Positions 38,828 through 47,938 of a stretch of 64,000 nt of DNA are shown here, piece by piece; position 1 is the first letter of the stretch; every line of letters begins with the position of its first letter. The notes beneath the pieces are model-generated. The model was given only the letters and a program-made list of their open reading frames with translations. It did no database searches and was not told where the DNA came from. Position numbers and translations under genes: made by a program. Source of the DNA: Escherichia phage phiEc_1; the sequence record LC768462.1. The stretch is one strand, 5' to 3'.

Positions 38828-39378
38828 AGAAAAAGAAGAAAGTGTTTGCATTCGATATCGAGAGTAATGCACTATACGATGACATAACTAAAGTATGGTG
38901 TATTTATATCTTTGATGTTGAAACTGGTGAAAGGTGGGGCTATCGGCCTCACCAAATTGAAGACGGGATTCGTAAACTTACAGAAGCAGATGTACTAGTG
39001 GGTCATAATATTATTGACTTCGACTTACCTGCTCTGAAAAAGATGTATCCTTCTTTGATTAAATATAATTTTAACGTCTTTGACACTTTATGTCTTAGTC
39101 GATATCTTAAACCTGATCGTATTGGTGACAGTCCTGAGTATCCGAAAGGCGACCCTAGACGTGGCCCAAGAGGTCACGGCTTGAAGCAATGGGGTGAGTT
39201 CTTAGGGGAACTTAAAGGTGACTACGGTGAGCAAGAGGAAGCATGGGATGCTTTCACTGAAGATATGTTTACTTATTGTGAACAGGACGTTAACTTAACT
39301 GTTAAGGTTTATCTTTTCTTGTGTGAACTCACGGGATTTGACCCTTACGACCCACCTTCATTATATTGGAAAATGTAA
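38821..39378 (+). CDS. DNA polymerase 3'-5' exonuclease domain, separate polypeptide
   Basis: [27 protein letters not shown] match T7 DNA pol exo motifs; GTG start overlaps primase stop. Confidence 0.8.
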
Positions 39379-39379
39379 A

Positions 39380-40693
39380 ATGATTGTTATCCCGATTAAC
39401 CGAATTGAAGATAAGGTTGCTCAACAACCCGATATTACTGTTGGTCGTCACTTCATTGAACAATTAATTGACAACAACTTGATTCCAGACGGTATTTGTC
39501 CTATCATTACTGGTGGGGCTATTCGTGATGCTGTGCTTAATAATATAGCCCCACATGACATTGATATCTTTATTGTCAGAGGACAAACACCAAGAACTCA
39601 AAATACTTTCGTCCCAACTGAGCGATGGCAAATGCTTGGACGGGAGATTGAAAGTAACGTGAAGGAATGGCTTGAGTCACAAGATATTGAGTATTCATCT
39701 CTTCTTGCTGAGGCTACAAACGAGTCCTATGCTGGGAGTTCTCAATTAACATTCACTGATATTATTGAATTTCAGTGGAATGGAACCCGCATTCAATTCA
39801 TGTTTAACTATCCTACTTCTATTGAAGAGGTGTTGGATAATTTCCCTATGATGTGCCGTGGTGCGATGACTATTGATAACTTGTTCATGACCAACCATGG
39901 GTATTTGGCTATGACCGCCCCTTGTCCAGTGGTTGTTTCTAGTCGTGAAATCCGATATGTCCACAAGAAGTGGCCCAATTCTCAGGTATTGAGGTTTTCA
40001 TCTCCATCGGTTGCTCATCAATACATGGCCCAAACTCGATATCTTCCCACACCTCAACCAGTTAGCCAACTAGTCAACGAACGAGGTCAGGTTGCTCTTA
40101 TTGAGGATACAACAAGTGCTCAATATTGTGTTAACCGAGACATGAGTCTATTCTTTGGAATCCCTTATGAAGAGATTCTGTTAATGTCAAGCGTTCACGG
40201 GTCTGGTCAGATTCGTGCGTATTGGTCTGAAGGGTTAACAAACCTAACGACTAACACGGGTGGTGATCTGCTTGGTCGAGAAGAGGAGCCTAACCGACAC
40301 AATGCAATTGAAGGGGTGTTTGTAGCCCCTGCAATGCGTCGAGCACAAGAGTCACGAAGAGTAAGCCCTACTCGTAGAACATCTTTTGAAGAAGCTCTTG
40401 GTATCACAAGTGATTCTATGGAGAGATGGATGGCTAGTCCTTCTCGTGGTCGACCAAACGGCTTAACTATTAGCGCACGTCAGTTCTCTGGTCAGGGTTT
40501 TGCTGTTGGTGATATCAACGCCCCTTCTCGTGTTATCTGGACTGATGAAGGTATGGAACAAGATTTAGGAGATAGTCTCGCTGATCGCTTTATTGCTAAC
40601 AACCCTGAAGTATTAGAACCTCAAACCCGTACAGTTCGGTTTGCCGATGAAGCGGGTCGTGGAATCTCTTTTGACATGGAAACAAATAACTAA
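39380..40693 (+). CDS. nucleotidyltransferase (CCA-adding/poly(A) polymerase-like head domain)
   Basis: ITGGAIRDAVLN....HDIDIF matches GGxxRD...DxD; C-terminal 300 aa unrecognised. Confidence 0.45.
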   Translation: MIVIPINRIEDKVAQQPDITVGRHFIEQLIDNNLIPDGICPIITGGAIRDAVLNNIAPHDIDIFIVRGQTPRTQNTFVPTERWQMLGREIESNVKEWLESQDIEYSSLLAEATNESYAGSSQLTFTDIIEFQWNGTRIQFMFNYPTSIEEVLDNFPMMCRGAMTIDNLFMTNHGYLAMTAPCPVVVSSREIRYVHKKWPNSQVLRFSSPSVAHQYMAQTRYLPTPQPVSQLVNERGQVALIEDTTSAQYCVNRDMSLFFGIPYEEILLMSSVHGSGQIRAYWSEGLTNLTTNTGGDLLGREEEPNRHNAIEGVFVAPAMRRAQESRRVSPTRRTSFEEALGITSDSMERWMASPSRGRPNGLTISARQFSGQGFAVGDINAPSRVIWTDEGMEQDLGDSLADRFIANNPEVLEPQTRTVRFADEAGRGISFDMETNN

Positions 40694-40702
40694 GGAATAA
40701 GA

Positions 40703-41236
40703 ATGAGTTTACTAGGAAGTATTGAACTGCATGATGTAATTGACAATGGCTATCTGGATGCGGAGCATAAGTATGTTAACGCTGCTAGTGTGGATATCCG
40801 TATTGGTGATACTATCCTTGTTGAAGAACAGGCTGATGGCATCGTTGATATTGATGCGAAAGAGAATCTTCAGTGGAAGGAAGTAAAGATTCCTGAAGAG
40901 GGTTTGGTTATCACTCCGGGTCAGTTCTTCTTGGCTCACTCTATGGAGGAGTTTAATCTTCCAGATAACATCTCAAGTCTGTTTGTTCTGCGTTCGTCTA
41001 TGGCTCGTTGTGGTTTGAACCACCTTCACGCCGGTTGGGCAGATGCAGGATTTAATAGTAGTAAGCTGACATTTGAATTCCATAACGTAACCAAGCACCA
41101 CAGCTTACGAGTTCGTGCTGGTATGCGTGTTGGTCAGATGGTTATGTTTGAGCACTCTCATGCAGGGGAACATTCCTACGCAGTGAAGGGTCGTTATAAT
41201 AACTCTGAAGGTGTGGTTGCATCTAAAGGTGTGTAA
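40703..41236 (+). CDS. dCTP deaminase/dUTPase-family protein
   Basis: dUTPase-superfamily motifs (VDIRIGD..., RSSMARCGL). Confidence 0.6.
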   Translation: MSLLGSIELHDVIDNGYLDAEHKYVNAASVDIRIGDTILVEEQADGIVDIDAKENLQWKEVKIPEEGLVITPGQFFLAHSMEEFNLPDNISSLFVLRSSMARCGLNHLHAGWADAGFNSSKLTFEFHNVTKHHSLRVRAGMRVGQMVMFEHSHAGEHSYAVKGRYNNSEGVVASKGV

Positions 41237-41434
41237 ATGAAAAAGTGGATTGTTCGTGTACATGATAACACGACTGGAGAGTTAGTAGCTGTAGATTTTG
41301 TTAAGACTCGAGAACACGCACGTAGGGTCAAAAATCAATACAAGTCTACTTTTAGACTTAACAAGGTTACAATTGGAAAAGCTATTGTGAATAGCGAAGG
41401 TGCTTTTTTTGCCAACAGTAAGGTTTATTATTAA
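41237..41434 (+). CDS. small protein, tandem paralog 1 of 3
   Basis: 65 aa ending KVYY. Confidence 0.5.
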   Translation: MKKWIVRVHDNTTGELVAVDFVKTREHARRVKNQYKSTFRLNKVTIGKAIVNSEGAFFANSKVYY

Positions 41435-41643
41435 TGAGACCGATCACCATGAGACAATTTTGGTTAGCAAAGATTAAGTGGGCATCAGGTGGCATGACTA
41501 TGACTGCACTACCCACTCGCCAACAAGCTCGAGATTTTAAAAAGACTATGCTTACTGGTGACGTGGTTAATAGTATCAGTATCCATAAGGCCAAGGAGTA
41601 TTCTTCTGGTCGTGTTTATATCAGCGGAAAGGTACATTACTAA
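41434..41643 (+). CDS. small protein, tandem paralog 2 of 3
   Basis: 69 aa ending KVHY. Confidence 0.5.
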   Translation: MRPITMRQFWLAKIKWASGGMTMTALPTRQQARDFKKTMLTGDVVNSISIHKAKEYSSGRVYISGKVHY

Positions 41644-41852
41644 TGAAAAAGATGTGGGCTATTCATGTTGTTTGGGATCTTGAGCAACACATGAGAAAAG
41701 ATAACATCAAATTGTTTGATACTCGCAAAGAGGCTCGTATTGCTAAGAAACAGTTGAAGACTCTGGGCACAATAGTAAAAAGCGCTGACATACATCGCTG
41801 GTATGAAGACCCTAACACTGGTTCTTTTATGTCTAAAGTAATTTACTACTGA
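41643..41852 (+). CDS. small protein, tandem paralog 3 of 3
   Basis: 69 aa ending KVIYY. Confidence 0.5.
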   Translation: MKKMWAIHVVWDLEQHMRKDNIKLFDTRKEARIAKKQLKTLGTIVKSADIHRWYEDPNTGSFMSKVIYY

Positions 41853-41924
41853 TTGGTAGTAGATATGGTAACTCTCAAATGTATATAGAGTACAATAAGA
41901 ATTTGTATTTTACAGGAGAGAGTT

Positions 41925-42254
41925 ATGTTAGATTTGAGTAAAGTGGCCCCGCCCACTGAAGAGATTACAAAATCCAAGGTGATGCAACAGTTTTATCATC
42001 GTGATATGCTTGGTCGCTTTATCAAGAATCGTGATGTTGTTGCTTGGTCTATTGGTAATCAGGGATATCTGTTGAAGGTTCTTCAGGTTACAGGTTCAAC
42101 TGCTAAGCGAGTTAAGGTGTATGACCCTGAAATGGGGCGTTCTAAGTCAGTAGACCCACAGAACTGCATCGTAATTACCCAGCAGGTAATGGATAATATT
42201 GCACGTAACGTTGCTAACTCAGTTGAACTTGATGGAGAAAACCCAAATGCATAA
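41925..42254 (+). CDS. hypothetical protein
   Basis: 109-aa ORF with SD. Confidence 0.55.
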   Translation: MLDLSKVAPPTEEITKSKVMQQFYHRDMLGRFIKNRDVVAWSIGNQGYLLKVLQVTGSTAKRVKVYDPEMGRSKSVDPQNCIVITQQVMDNIARNVANSVELDGENPNA

Positions 42255-42810
42255 GAATGTCTTTGATTTACCTGAGATTGGTCGTGACAGCTATAGCATG
42301 TTAGACCGGTCTGATCTTTCAATCTCTCGCCTTGAAACAATGCAAGGCATGATTAGTGCAAACAGCCTAGAACACATCCTGAGCTGCTTACAAGCTAACA
42401 TGGAACTCTTGCATATCAAAGCTAAAAACTACCACTGGAACGTCTCTGGTGCAGGATTTCAGGGTGTTCATGGTATGTTTGATGAGCTGGAAGATTACGC
42501 ACGACAGGTAGGAGATCATATTGCTGAACGTATGCGTTACCACTGCGTTAAAGTGGACGCTACAGCAGCTAACTATCTTTCTCATGCTTGGTTCTCAGAG
42601 GGTAATGCTGACCTAGATATGGACGGTATGCTCTCTGATATGTGCATGACCTTGATGTGTATTATTGAGAAGATGGATGAGTTTGATGGTGATTTAGCCA
42701 CCTACCCTGTTGATCAGAGTATGCTTCAAGAAATTAATGAAGGTCTTGGCAAGTATTGCTACTTCGTCAAGAGCAACATGTCCCATTCAAGTGGTGACGT
42801 GTCTTACTAA
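42247..42810 (+). CDS. Dps/ferritin-like protein
   Basis: AKNYHWNVSGAGFQGVHGMFDELEDYARQVGDHIAERM matches Dps core. Confidence 0.7.
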   Translation: MHKNVFDLPEIGRDSYSMLDRSDLSISRLETMQGMISANSLEHILSCLQANMELLHIKAKNYHWNVSGAGFQGVHGMFDELEDYARQVGDHIAERMRYHCVKVDATAANYLSHAWFSEGNADLDMDGMLSDMCMTLMCIIEKMDEFDGDLATYPVDQSMLQEINEGLGKYCYFVKSNMSHSSGDVSY

Positions 42811-43059
42811 AACCTCCGCCCTGTCTCCTAACCCGAGGTGGGGCGAACTTATTTATAAGGATATAGATATATGTTATCAGCAATCGTATGGGGTATTTGG
42901 GCTATCTTTATTGGTGGTGGTATTTATTGGGCTTCTGGTAAGCTTATTGAAGAAACCCCTGATAAGAAAGGTGAGATTCAAACAGCATCAACTATCATGG
43001 TTATCGTAGCTGTTGTTATCCCATTCCTGCTTCACCTCCTGACTGCATAAGGATTTGAT

Positions 43060-43245
43060 ATGATTTCACTGATTGTGTGGGCCGTGTGGTCGTTAATAGT
43101 TGGTACTGTTATATATAAAGCTCGAAATTTAGCAATTAAAGAAAACCCAGCAGAAGAGGATGTTAAAGCTATCAAGCTAGGTAGTGTTGTTCTGGTACAT
43201 TTTGCTATAACACTACCTCTTGTTATTATTCTTTGTATGCTATAA
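43060..43245 (+). CDS. small membrane protein (paralog of unlisted ORF ~42871-43050)
   Basis: two hydrophobic helices; shared IVW..W....G..IY motif. Confidence 0.45.
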   Translation: MISLIVWAVWSLIVGTVIYKARNLAIKENPAEEDVKAIKLGSVVLVHFAITLPLVIILCML

Positions 43246-43435
43246 GGAATCCAAAGAGTGAAACTAAACCTACCTGAAGAATTACAAGCACATGCCATTA
43301 TCGTTAGTGGCTGTGTGATGGGTCTTGGTCAGACAAAGAAGATTGCTCATGACCTAGCAAAAGGTCAGTATAAATCTTTTATTGTTGTTCCTGCTACCCA
43401 GCGTCATATCAACCTGTTTATTAACAAGGAATAGA

Positions 43436-43711
43436 ATGAGTAAAGTAATTAAGTTTTATAGTGATCAGTGTGCTCCATGTAAAGCAATGGCTCCTACCTT
43501 TGAGAAGGTTGTTAAGGAGTTTGATGTAGAAGTGGAAGAGATTAACATCCTTGAAGGTGATGGTCGTGAGCAAGCTGTTAAGTATGGTGTACGAAGTATC
43601 CCTGCTTTCGTTGTGCCTGACCGTAACAGTGGTGCACACTATAGCCTCTCTGGTATGCAGACTGAAGCAAACCTGAAAGCATTTTTGGACACAGCCCTGA
43701 GCAATAAGTAA
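43436..43711 (+). CDS. thioredoxin/glutaredoxin-like protein
   Basis: CAPC active site, RSIPAFVV. Confidence 0.65.
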   Translation: MSKVIKFYSDQCAPCKAMAPTFEKVVKEFDVEVEEINILEGDGREQAVKYGVRSIPAFVVPDRNSGAHYSLSGMQTEANLKAFLDTALSNK

Positions 43712-43726
43712 TAAGGATATTCACGG

Positions 43727-44383
43727 ATGAATGAACAACTACAAGCAACATTAATCGAAGCTATGGGAAGTGATCGTAGCGTAGTAAACGCAGCTCGAGT
43801 TTCCTTTGGCGTAACCCGTGAAGGTGATTTAAATGAACGTGATGAACGTCTCATCAACTTCCTCGCAAGAGAGAAGCATGTTACCCCATTCCGACACCCG
43901 CAAGTCAGTTTCCGATGCAAAGCACCTATTGCAATTGCGAGACAGTTGGGCAAGCATCAGGTTGGATTCTCGTGGAACGAAATGTCCCGGCGGTATAAAG
44001 ATGGAGCAGTTGAAGTCTTCATCCCTAAAGAGATTTTTGCGAGACCTTCGGACCTCCATGCAGGTTCAGGGATTCAACTCATCGACGGAGAGCGAGCTGA
44101 AGCATTAATGCTGATTAACGATGCATATGAAGCTTCTCTAGCAGCATATGACAAGTTGATTGAATTTATTGCACCAGAGCAAGCTCGATTTGTTCTTCCT
44201 CAGGGGATGATCACTGAGTGGGTGTGGACCGGTTCTTTGTATGGCTGGTTTGAGTTGTGTCGTCAGCGACTCTCCTCTCACGCTCAATATGAAGTTCGAG
44301 TGTTTGCTAAATCTGTAGACGAAGAGATAGCTAAGATCTACCCAATCTCGTGGGCAGCTCTGAAGAAAACATTGGAGATTTAA
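43727..44383 (+). CDS. thyX: flavin-dependent thymidylate synthase ThyX homolog (variant RHR motif)
   Basis: aligns with ThyX; canonical RHR reads KHQ (43952-43960), SxRY conserved. Confidence 0.75.
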   Translation: MNEQLQATLIEAMGSDRSVVNAARVSFGVTREGDLNERDERLINFLAREKHVTPFRHPQVSFRCKAPIAIARQLGKHQVGFSWNEMSRRYKDGAVEVFIPKEIFARPSDLHAGSGIQLIDGERAEALMLINDAYEASLAAYDKLIEFIAPEQARFVLPQGMITEWVWTGSLYGWFELCRQRLSSHAQYEVRVFAKSVDEEIAKIYPISWAALKKTLEI

Positions 44384-44529
44384 TATTGGAAGAAGATGAC
44401 GACGTGTTCTGTACCAAGTGCGGAATGACAGTGGATGATGCATATGACCCAAGTGTAGAAATTTGTCCATGTTGCGGGGTATGTGAGTATTGCTGTTCTC
44501 ATAATCCAGAGGATTAGCAGGAATTTCTG

Positions 44530-44763
44530 ATGAAAATCAAACATATTACAGATATTCAGGAGGCATTTAGGATGCTTCCTCGAAGAGAGAAGGATAAGAT
44601 TAAAAAGCTTATTCAAGTTTATGGTCATACATCTAAAGATGATGTAGACTATATGCCTTCTACTTTCGTAGAGTGTGGGATTGCTCGCGGTTTCACATTC
44701 GACCATAAAGTGTTTCAGCAATTCGTTGACCACTGGAGAAAAGATGGAAAAGAAAATCTGTAG
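44530..44763 (+). CDS. hypothetical protein
   Basis: 77-aa ORF. Confidence 0.5.
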   Translation: MKIKHITDIQEAFRMLPRREKDKIKKLIQVYGHTSKDDVDYMPSTFVECGIARGFTFDHKVFQQFVDHWRKDGKENL

Positions 44764-44929
44764 CTTCTGTAAGAAAGAGAAACCTATCGCCAACTTCAAA
44801 CCTAACCCTGTAACCGGTCTGACCCATGTCATGTGCCACTCTTGCAGGATATATCTTGAAACAAAGCACACTATCAATAGGTTGCACTATTATCACCCAA
44901 CAACATTCAAATTTAAGGTTGTGAAATGA
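44744..44929 (+). CDS. small zinc-ribbon-like protein
   Basis: CSFC...CHSC. Confidence 0.45.
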   Translation: MEKKICSFCKKEKPIANFKPNPVTGLTHVMCHSCRIYLETKHTINRLHYYHPTTFKFKVVK

Positions 44930-45249
44930 TTGACAGTAATACATTTAGGACTTCAAATGGAAGTGAAATAAGTCCCGCTGAAGTAATCAATCGGCATAGA
45001 AGGCAATTGATCATCCATTCCTATTTGTATTACTGGTTGGATGACCCTATCTGGTCTGATGATAAATGGCAACAAGTTGCTAATGATCTAGTGGAGCTGC
45101 AAGCTCTGTATCCAGAACCTACTGGAGTCTTTGACAACGAGTTTAAAGATTGGGATGGTTCTACAGGTATGCATCTCCCACATAACGAAGCTGTTGCTTG
45201 TATGGCGACAGCTGTTTACAGACTTCATAAAGAGGTTAACGTCGCATGA
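44926..45249 (+). CDS. hypothetical protein
   Basis: 107-aa ORF. Confidence 0.5.
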   Translation: MIDSNTFRTSNGSEISPAEVINRHRRQLIIHSYLYYWLDDPIWSDDKWQQVANDLVELQALYPEPTGVFDNEFKDWDGSTGMHLPHNEAVACMATAVYRLHKEVNVA

Positions 45250-45446
45250 GCGTAGTTTATGTTCTAGAAAGATACGCTGAAGATCACAACAGTATTGTTG
45301 CCATATTTAAATATGCCCCGGATGTTGAGGACATTTTGAATGTGACTCACTTAACTGATGTTGATAAAATCAAAGACCTCATCAGGAATGACAATGCCCA
45401 CATAGGTGACTCTCTGTGGTCTCTTACTGAATGGACATTGTGGTGA
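45246..45446 (+). CDS. hypothetical protein
   Basis: 66-aa ORF. Confidence 0.45.
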   Translation: MSVVYVLERYAEDHNSIVAIFKYAPDVEDILNVTHLTDVDKIKDLIRNDNAHIGDSLWSLTEWTLW

Positions 45447-45628
45447 AGTGCTCTAAATGTGAAGGAACAAACCTTCACTTAAGTAACAAGGTTATCAGAG
45501 AGCTTGCCAAAGGCTCTCCAACCAAAGGGAAGAACAAACGATTTACTAACGTCAGGGTTTATACAGCAATCTGTAAAGACTGCTTAACTACTGAATGTCA
45601 TTACGAAGAAATTGGAGAGCGTAAATGA
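45431..45628 (+). CDS. small zinc-ribbon-like protein
   Basis: CSKC...CKDC. Confidence 0.45.
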   Translation: MDIVVKCSKCEGTNLHLSNKVIRELAKGSPTKGKNKRFTNVRVYTAICKDCLTTECHYEEIGERK

Positions 45629-46362
45629 GTCGTCGTCAATCACGGAAAGAATCACGGAAAGACCTTCGTCGAGAAGCACTTGTTACTCGTAAGGGTAAGC
45701 GAGAGTATGAAGAGGTGGTTTTAGCAAAGCCTGTAGTCCCTCAGAACCAGTTTCAGTCTGAGCTACTTAATGCTATCAAGACTAAACAAGTTGTGTTCAC
45801 AGACGCTCCTGCGGGCTGTGGTAAGACCTTTGTAATCACTTCCACGGTTATTGATGCACTGAAGAGTGGTAAGATTCAGAAGATCATCTTGAGTCGACCT
45901 TCAGTTGGCATGGGTAACTCTCTTGGGTTACTTCCGGGAGGGATGCGTGAGAAGTTTGAACCGTACCTTATGCCTATTATTGATGTTATTACTCAGCGAT
46001 ATGGTAAGGGGTTCTATGAATGCCAAATCGGAAATGGTAATATTGAATTTGTACCTCTGGAATATCTCCGTGGTCGTTCCTTCAATGATGCCATTGTTAT
46101 CGTGGATGAGTTCCAGAACACCACTAAAGAGGAAGCCTTCTCCATCATGACTCGATTGGGAGAAACCTCTCAGCTGTTCTGCATGGGTGATACAAACCAG
46201 CATGATATGCGTGGTCGTGAGAGTGGCCTCACTTGGGCTACTAACTTTATTGATGAACACGATCTGTATGAGTTTGCTGAGATTGTAGACGGTGAATCGG
46301 ATGATATTGTTCGTTCTGGTTTCTGTAAGGCGATTGTTAAAGCAATGGAAAAGAAAGCTTAA
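45625..46362 (+). CDS. phoH: PhoH-like ATPase
   Basis: Walker A APAGCGKTF, EYLRGRSF, VDEFQN. Confidence 0.8.
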   Translation: MSRRQSRKESRKDLRREALVTRKGKREYEEVVLAKPVVPQNQFQSELLNAIKTKQVVFTDAPAGCGKTFVITSTVIDALKSGKIQKIILSRPSVGMGNSLGLLPGGMREKFEPYLMPIIDVITQRYGKGFYECQIGNGNIEFVPLEYLRGRSFNDAIVIVDEFQNTTKEEAFSIMTRLGETSQLFCMGDTNQHDMRGRESGLTWATNFIDEHDLYEFAEIVDGESDDIVRSGFCKAIVKAMEKKA

Positions 46363-46373
46363 ACAGTAACTTA

Positions 46374-46382
46374 TAATGTATA
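46374..46382 (+). promoter_or_regulatory. TAATGTATA motif (candidate phage-specific promoter element)
   Basis: 37 nt upstream of ATG 46419. Confidence 0.45.
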
Positions 46383-46418
46383 CTCCTTAGTGTACACTGA
46401 TATATTAAGGAGTTCTAA

Positions 46419-46736
46419 ATGGCAGACCATGTAGGAAAGAGAGATTATGCACAAGAAAGACGTACCGCAATTGCCCGTGGTGAGACAGGCGTTGGGAGCA
46501 AGAGCGGAGATGCTCAGCGCCACCGTGCACGTCGCATCGTTGAAAAGCGCGATGGAAAAGCTGCTGTCAGAGGTAAAGATGTTGGACACAAACGAGCTGT
46601 CAAGTCTGGAGGCTCTAATGCGTCAAGCAACTTACGTGTTGAACCAGTCAGCTCAAACCGTTCAAACGGCGGCAAAAGTGGTGATCGCGCTGGAAAAGCA
46701 GCTGGAGCACGCAAAGGAGCTTTAAGCTCATCGTAA
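46419..46736 (+). CDS. basic low-complexity protein
   Basis: TAAGGAG SD; K/R/G/A-rich 105 aa; G-rich first codon position supports this frame. Confidence 0.5.
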   Translation: MADHVGKRDYAQERRTAIARGETGVGSKSGDAQRHRARRIVEKRDGKAAVRGKDVGHKRAVKSGGSNASSNLRVEPVSSNRSNGGKSGDRAGKAAGARKGALSSS

Positions 46737-46740
46737 TATG

Positions 46741-46770
46741 AGGCTGCCCACTTGGGTGGCCTTTTCTTTT
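46741..46770 (+). terminator. intrinsic terminator
   Basis: AGGCUGCCC..GGGUGGCCU hairpin + U-run. Confidence 0.6.
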
Positions 46771-46804
46771 ATATAAACCAAACTAAACTTCCTAGGTAAT
46801 AAAT

Positions 46805-47059
46805 ATGTCTATTGTAAAAATCGTAAATATCATTGATGTAACTCGTACCGGTAAAACTATCAGTTGGAAATTCACCAATAAGCATAGAGGTTCAGAGAAC
46901 ATCATTCGTTCTATGATTCAACAAAACCCAAATACAGCTCGCACTAACGTACTCCTTCGCGGAGCTGATGGAAAATTTATCTCTTATAAGAATAAGAACG
47001 TAGAAAAATCTTTCCGTGTTGCAGTAGAAAATCTCATCCCATTCACTAAAGGAGTTTAA
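46805..47059 (+). CDS. small protein, tandem paralog 1 of 2
   Basis: shares TART.V.LR...GKFISY...PF.KG with next ORF. Confidence 0.5.
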   Translation: MSIVKIVNIIDVTRTGKTISWKFTNKHRGSENIIRSMIQQNPNTARTNVLLRGADGKFISYKNKNVEKSFRVAVENLIPFTKGV

Positions 47060-47060
47060 T

Positions 47061-47345
47061 ATGAATAAGTTAGCTATGGTACAGATTCGAGATACATACC
47101 CCAACCGCCCGGAGCAGAAACCTCGTACTTGGTCCTATCTGCTAGTAGGGAGTAAGACTATTAATTCATGCTCTGTAGGAATTGATACTATCCCAACCAG
47201 TATCACTTTGCTTCCTCACAAAACAGCCAGAACCCATGTGATGTTACGTGACAGCAAAGGTAAGTTTATCTCTTATCGTGATTCACGAATTAATAACGAG
47301 ATTAAATCTGCTATGGAATTTTTGATGCCATTCCCAAAAGGTTAA
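47061..47345 (+). CDS. small protein, tandem paralog 2 of 2
   Basis: paralog motif. Confidence 0.5.
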   Translation: MNKLAMVQIRDTYPNRPEQKPRTWSYLLVGSKTINSCSVGIDTIPTSITLLPHKTARTHVMLRDSKGKFISYRDSRINNEIKSAMEFLMPFPKG

Positions 47346-47508
47346 ATAATGAAAGAATATGTTTACGTAGGACAGCGCTGGTTCGGTGACGAATGGGAAG
47401 GTGGGTACAATGTTGTGAAAGCTTTTAAGTCTGAAGAAGATGCCAAGGCATGGGTCTTAAAAGATGACGTTGGCGAGAGAACTTACATTGAAGTAGAGGT
47501 GGAGTAGA

Positions 47509-47922
47509 ATGCCATTACCAGCTAGACACCAAAACCGTTTCCTAGTTCTCAAGTGGGATGATATTGAAATGAATCTCACTGAACATGAACTGGACTTGTT
47601 TCATGAATTATTATCAGAAATTCGCTCTGGTATTCCTGAACGTCAGTATGTGGTTATAAGCGATAAGCACCCTCAAGAGTTTGAAGAAGCTTGGGGTATG
47701 AAACTGGCTTACATCCAAAGAGCTATTCGAGAAAGAGAAGAAGTTGCTAATCAAAGAGTTGTGGCTCATCTAGTCAGAGAACAGCCTCGTGAAGTTAGGT
47801 CTTCTTATTCTCCATCTACTTGGGCACAAACAAATGCAGCAATGAGAACATACGCTGTTGATTCCACATCCTTGGATGTAGTAGAAGATAACCAAGCATT
47901 TACAGATTTACTTTACCAATAA
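47509..47922 (+). CDS. hypothetical protein
   Basis: 137-aa ORF. Confidence 0.55.
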   Translation: MPLPARHQNRFLVLKWDDIEMNLTEHELDLFHELLSEIRSGIPERQYVVISDKHPQEFEEAWGMKLAYIQRAIREREEVANQRVVAHLVREQPREVRSSYSPSTWAQTNAAMRTYAVDSTSLDVVEDNQAFTDLLYQ

Positions 47923-47938
47923 TTTAAAGGAGTATAAA

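Noticed and set aside
46447-46725. 92-aa ORF in the +1 frame overlapping the basic protein gene 46419-46736
   Set aside because: The 46419 frame has the better SD and G-rich first codon positions; the second open frame is probably a composition by-product (few T-rich codons), though overprinting is not excluded.
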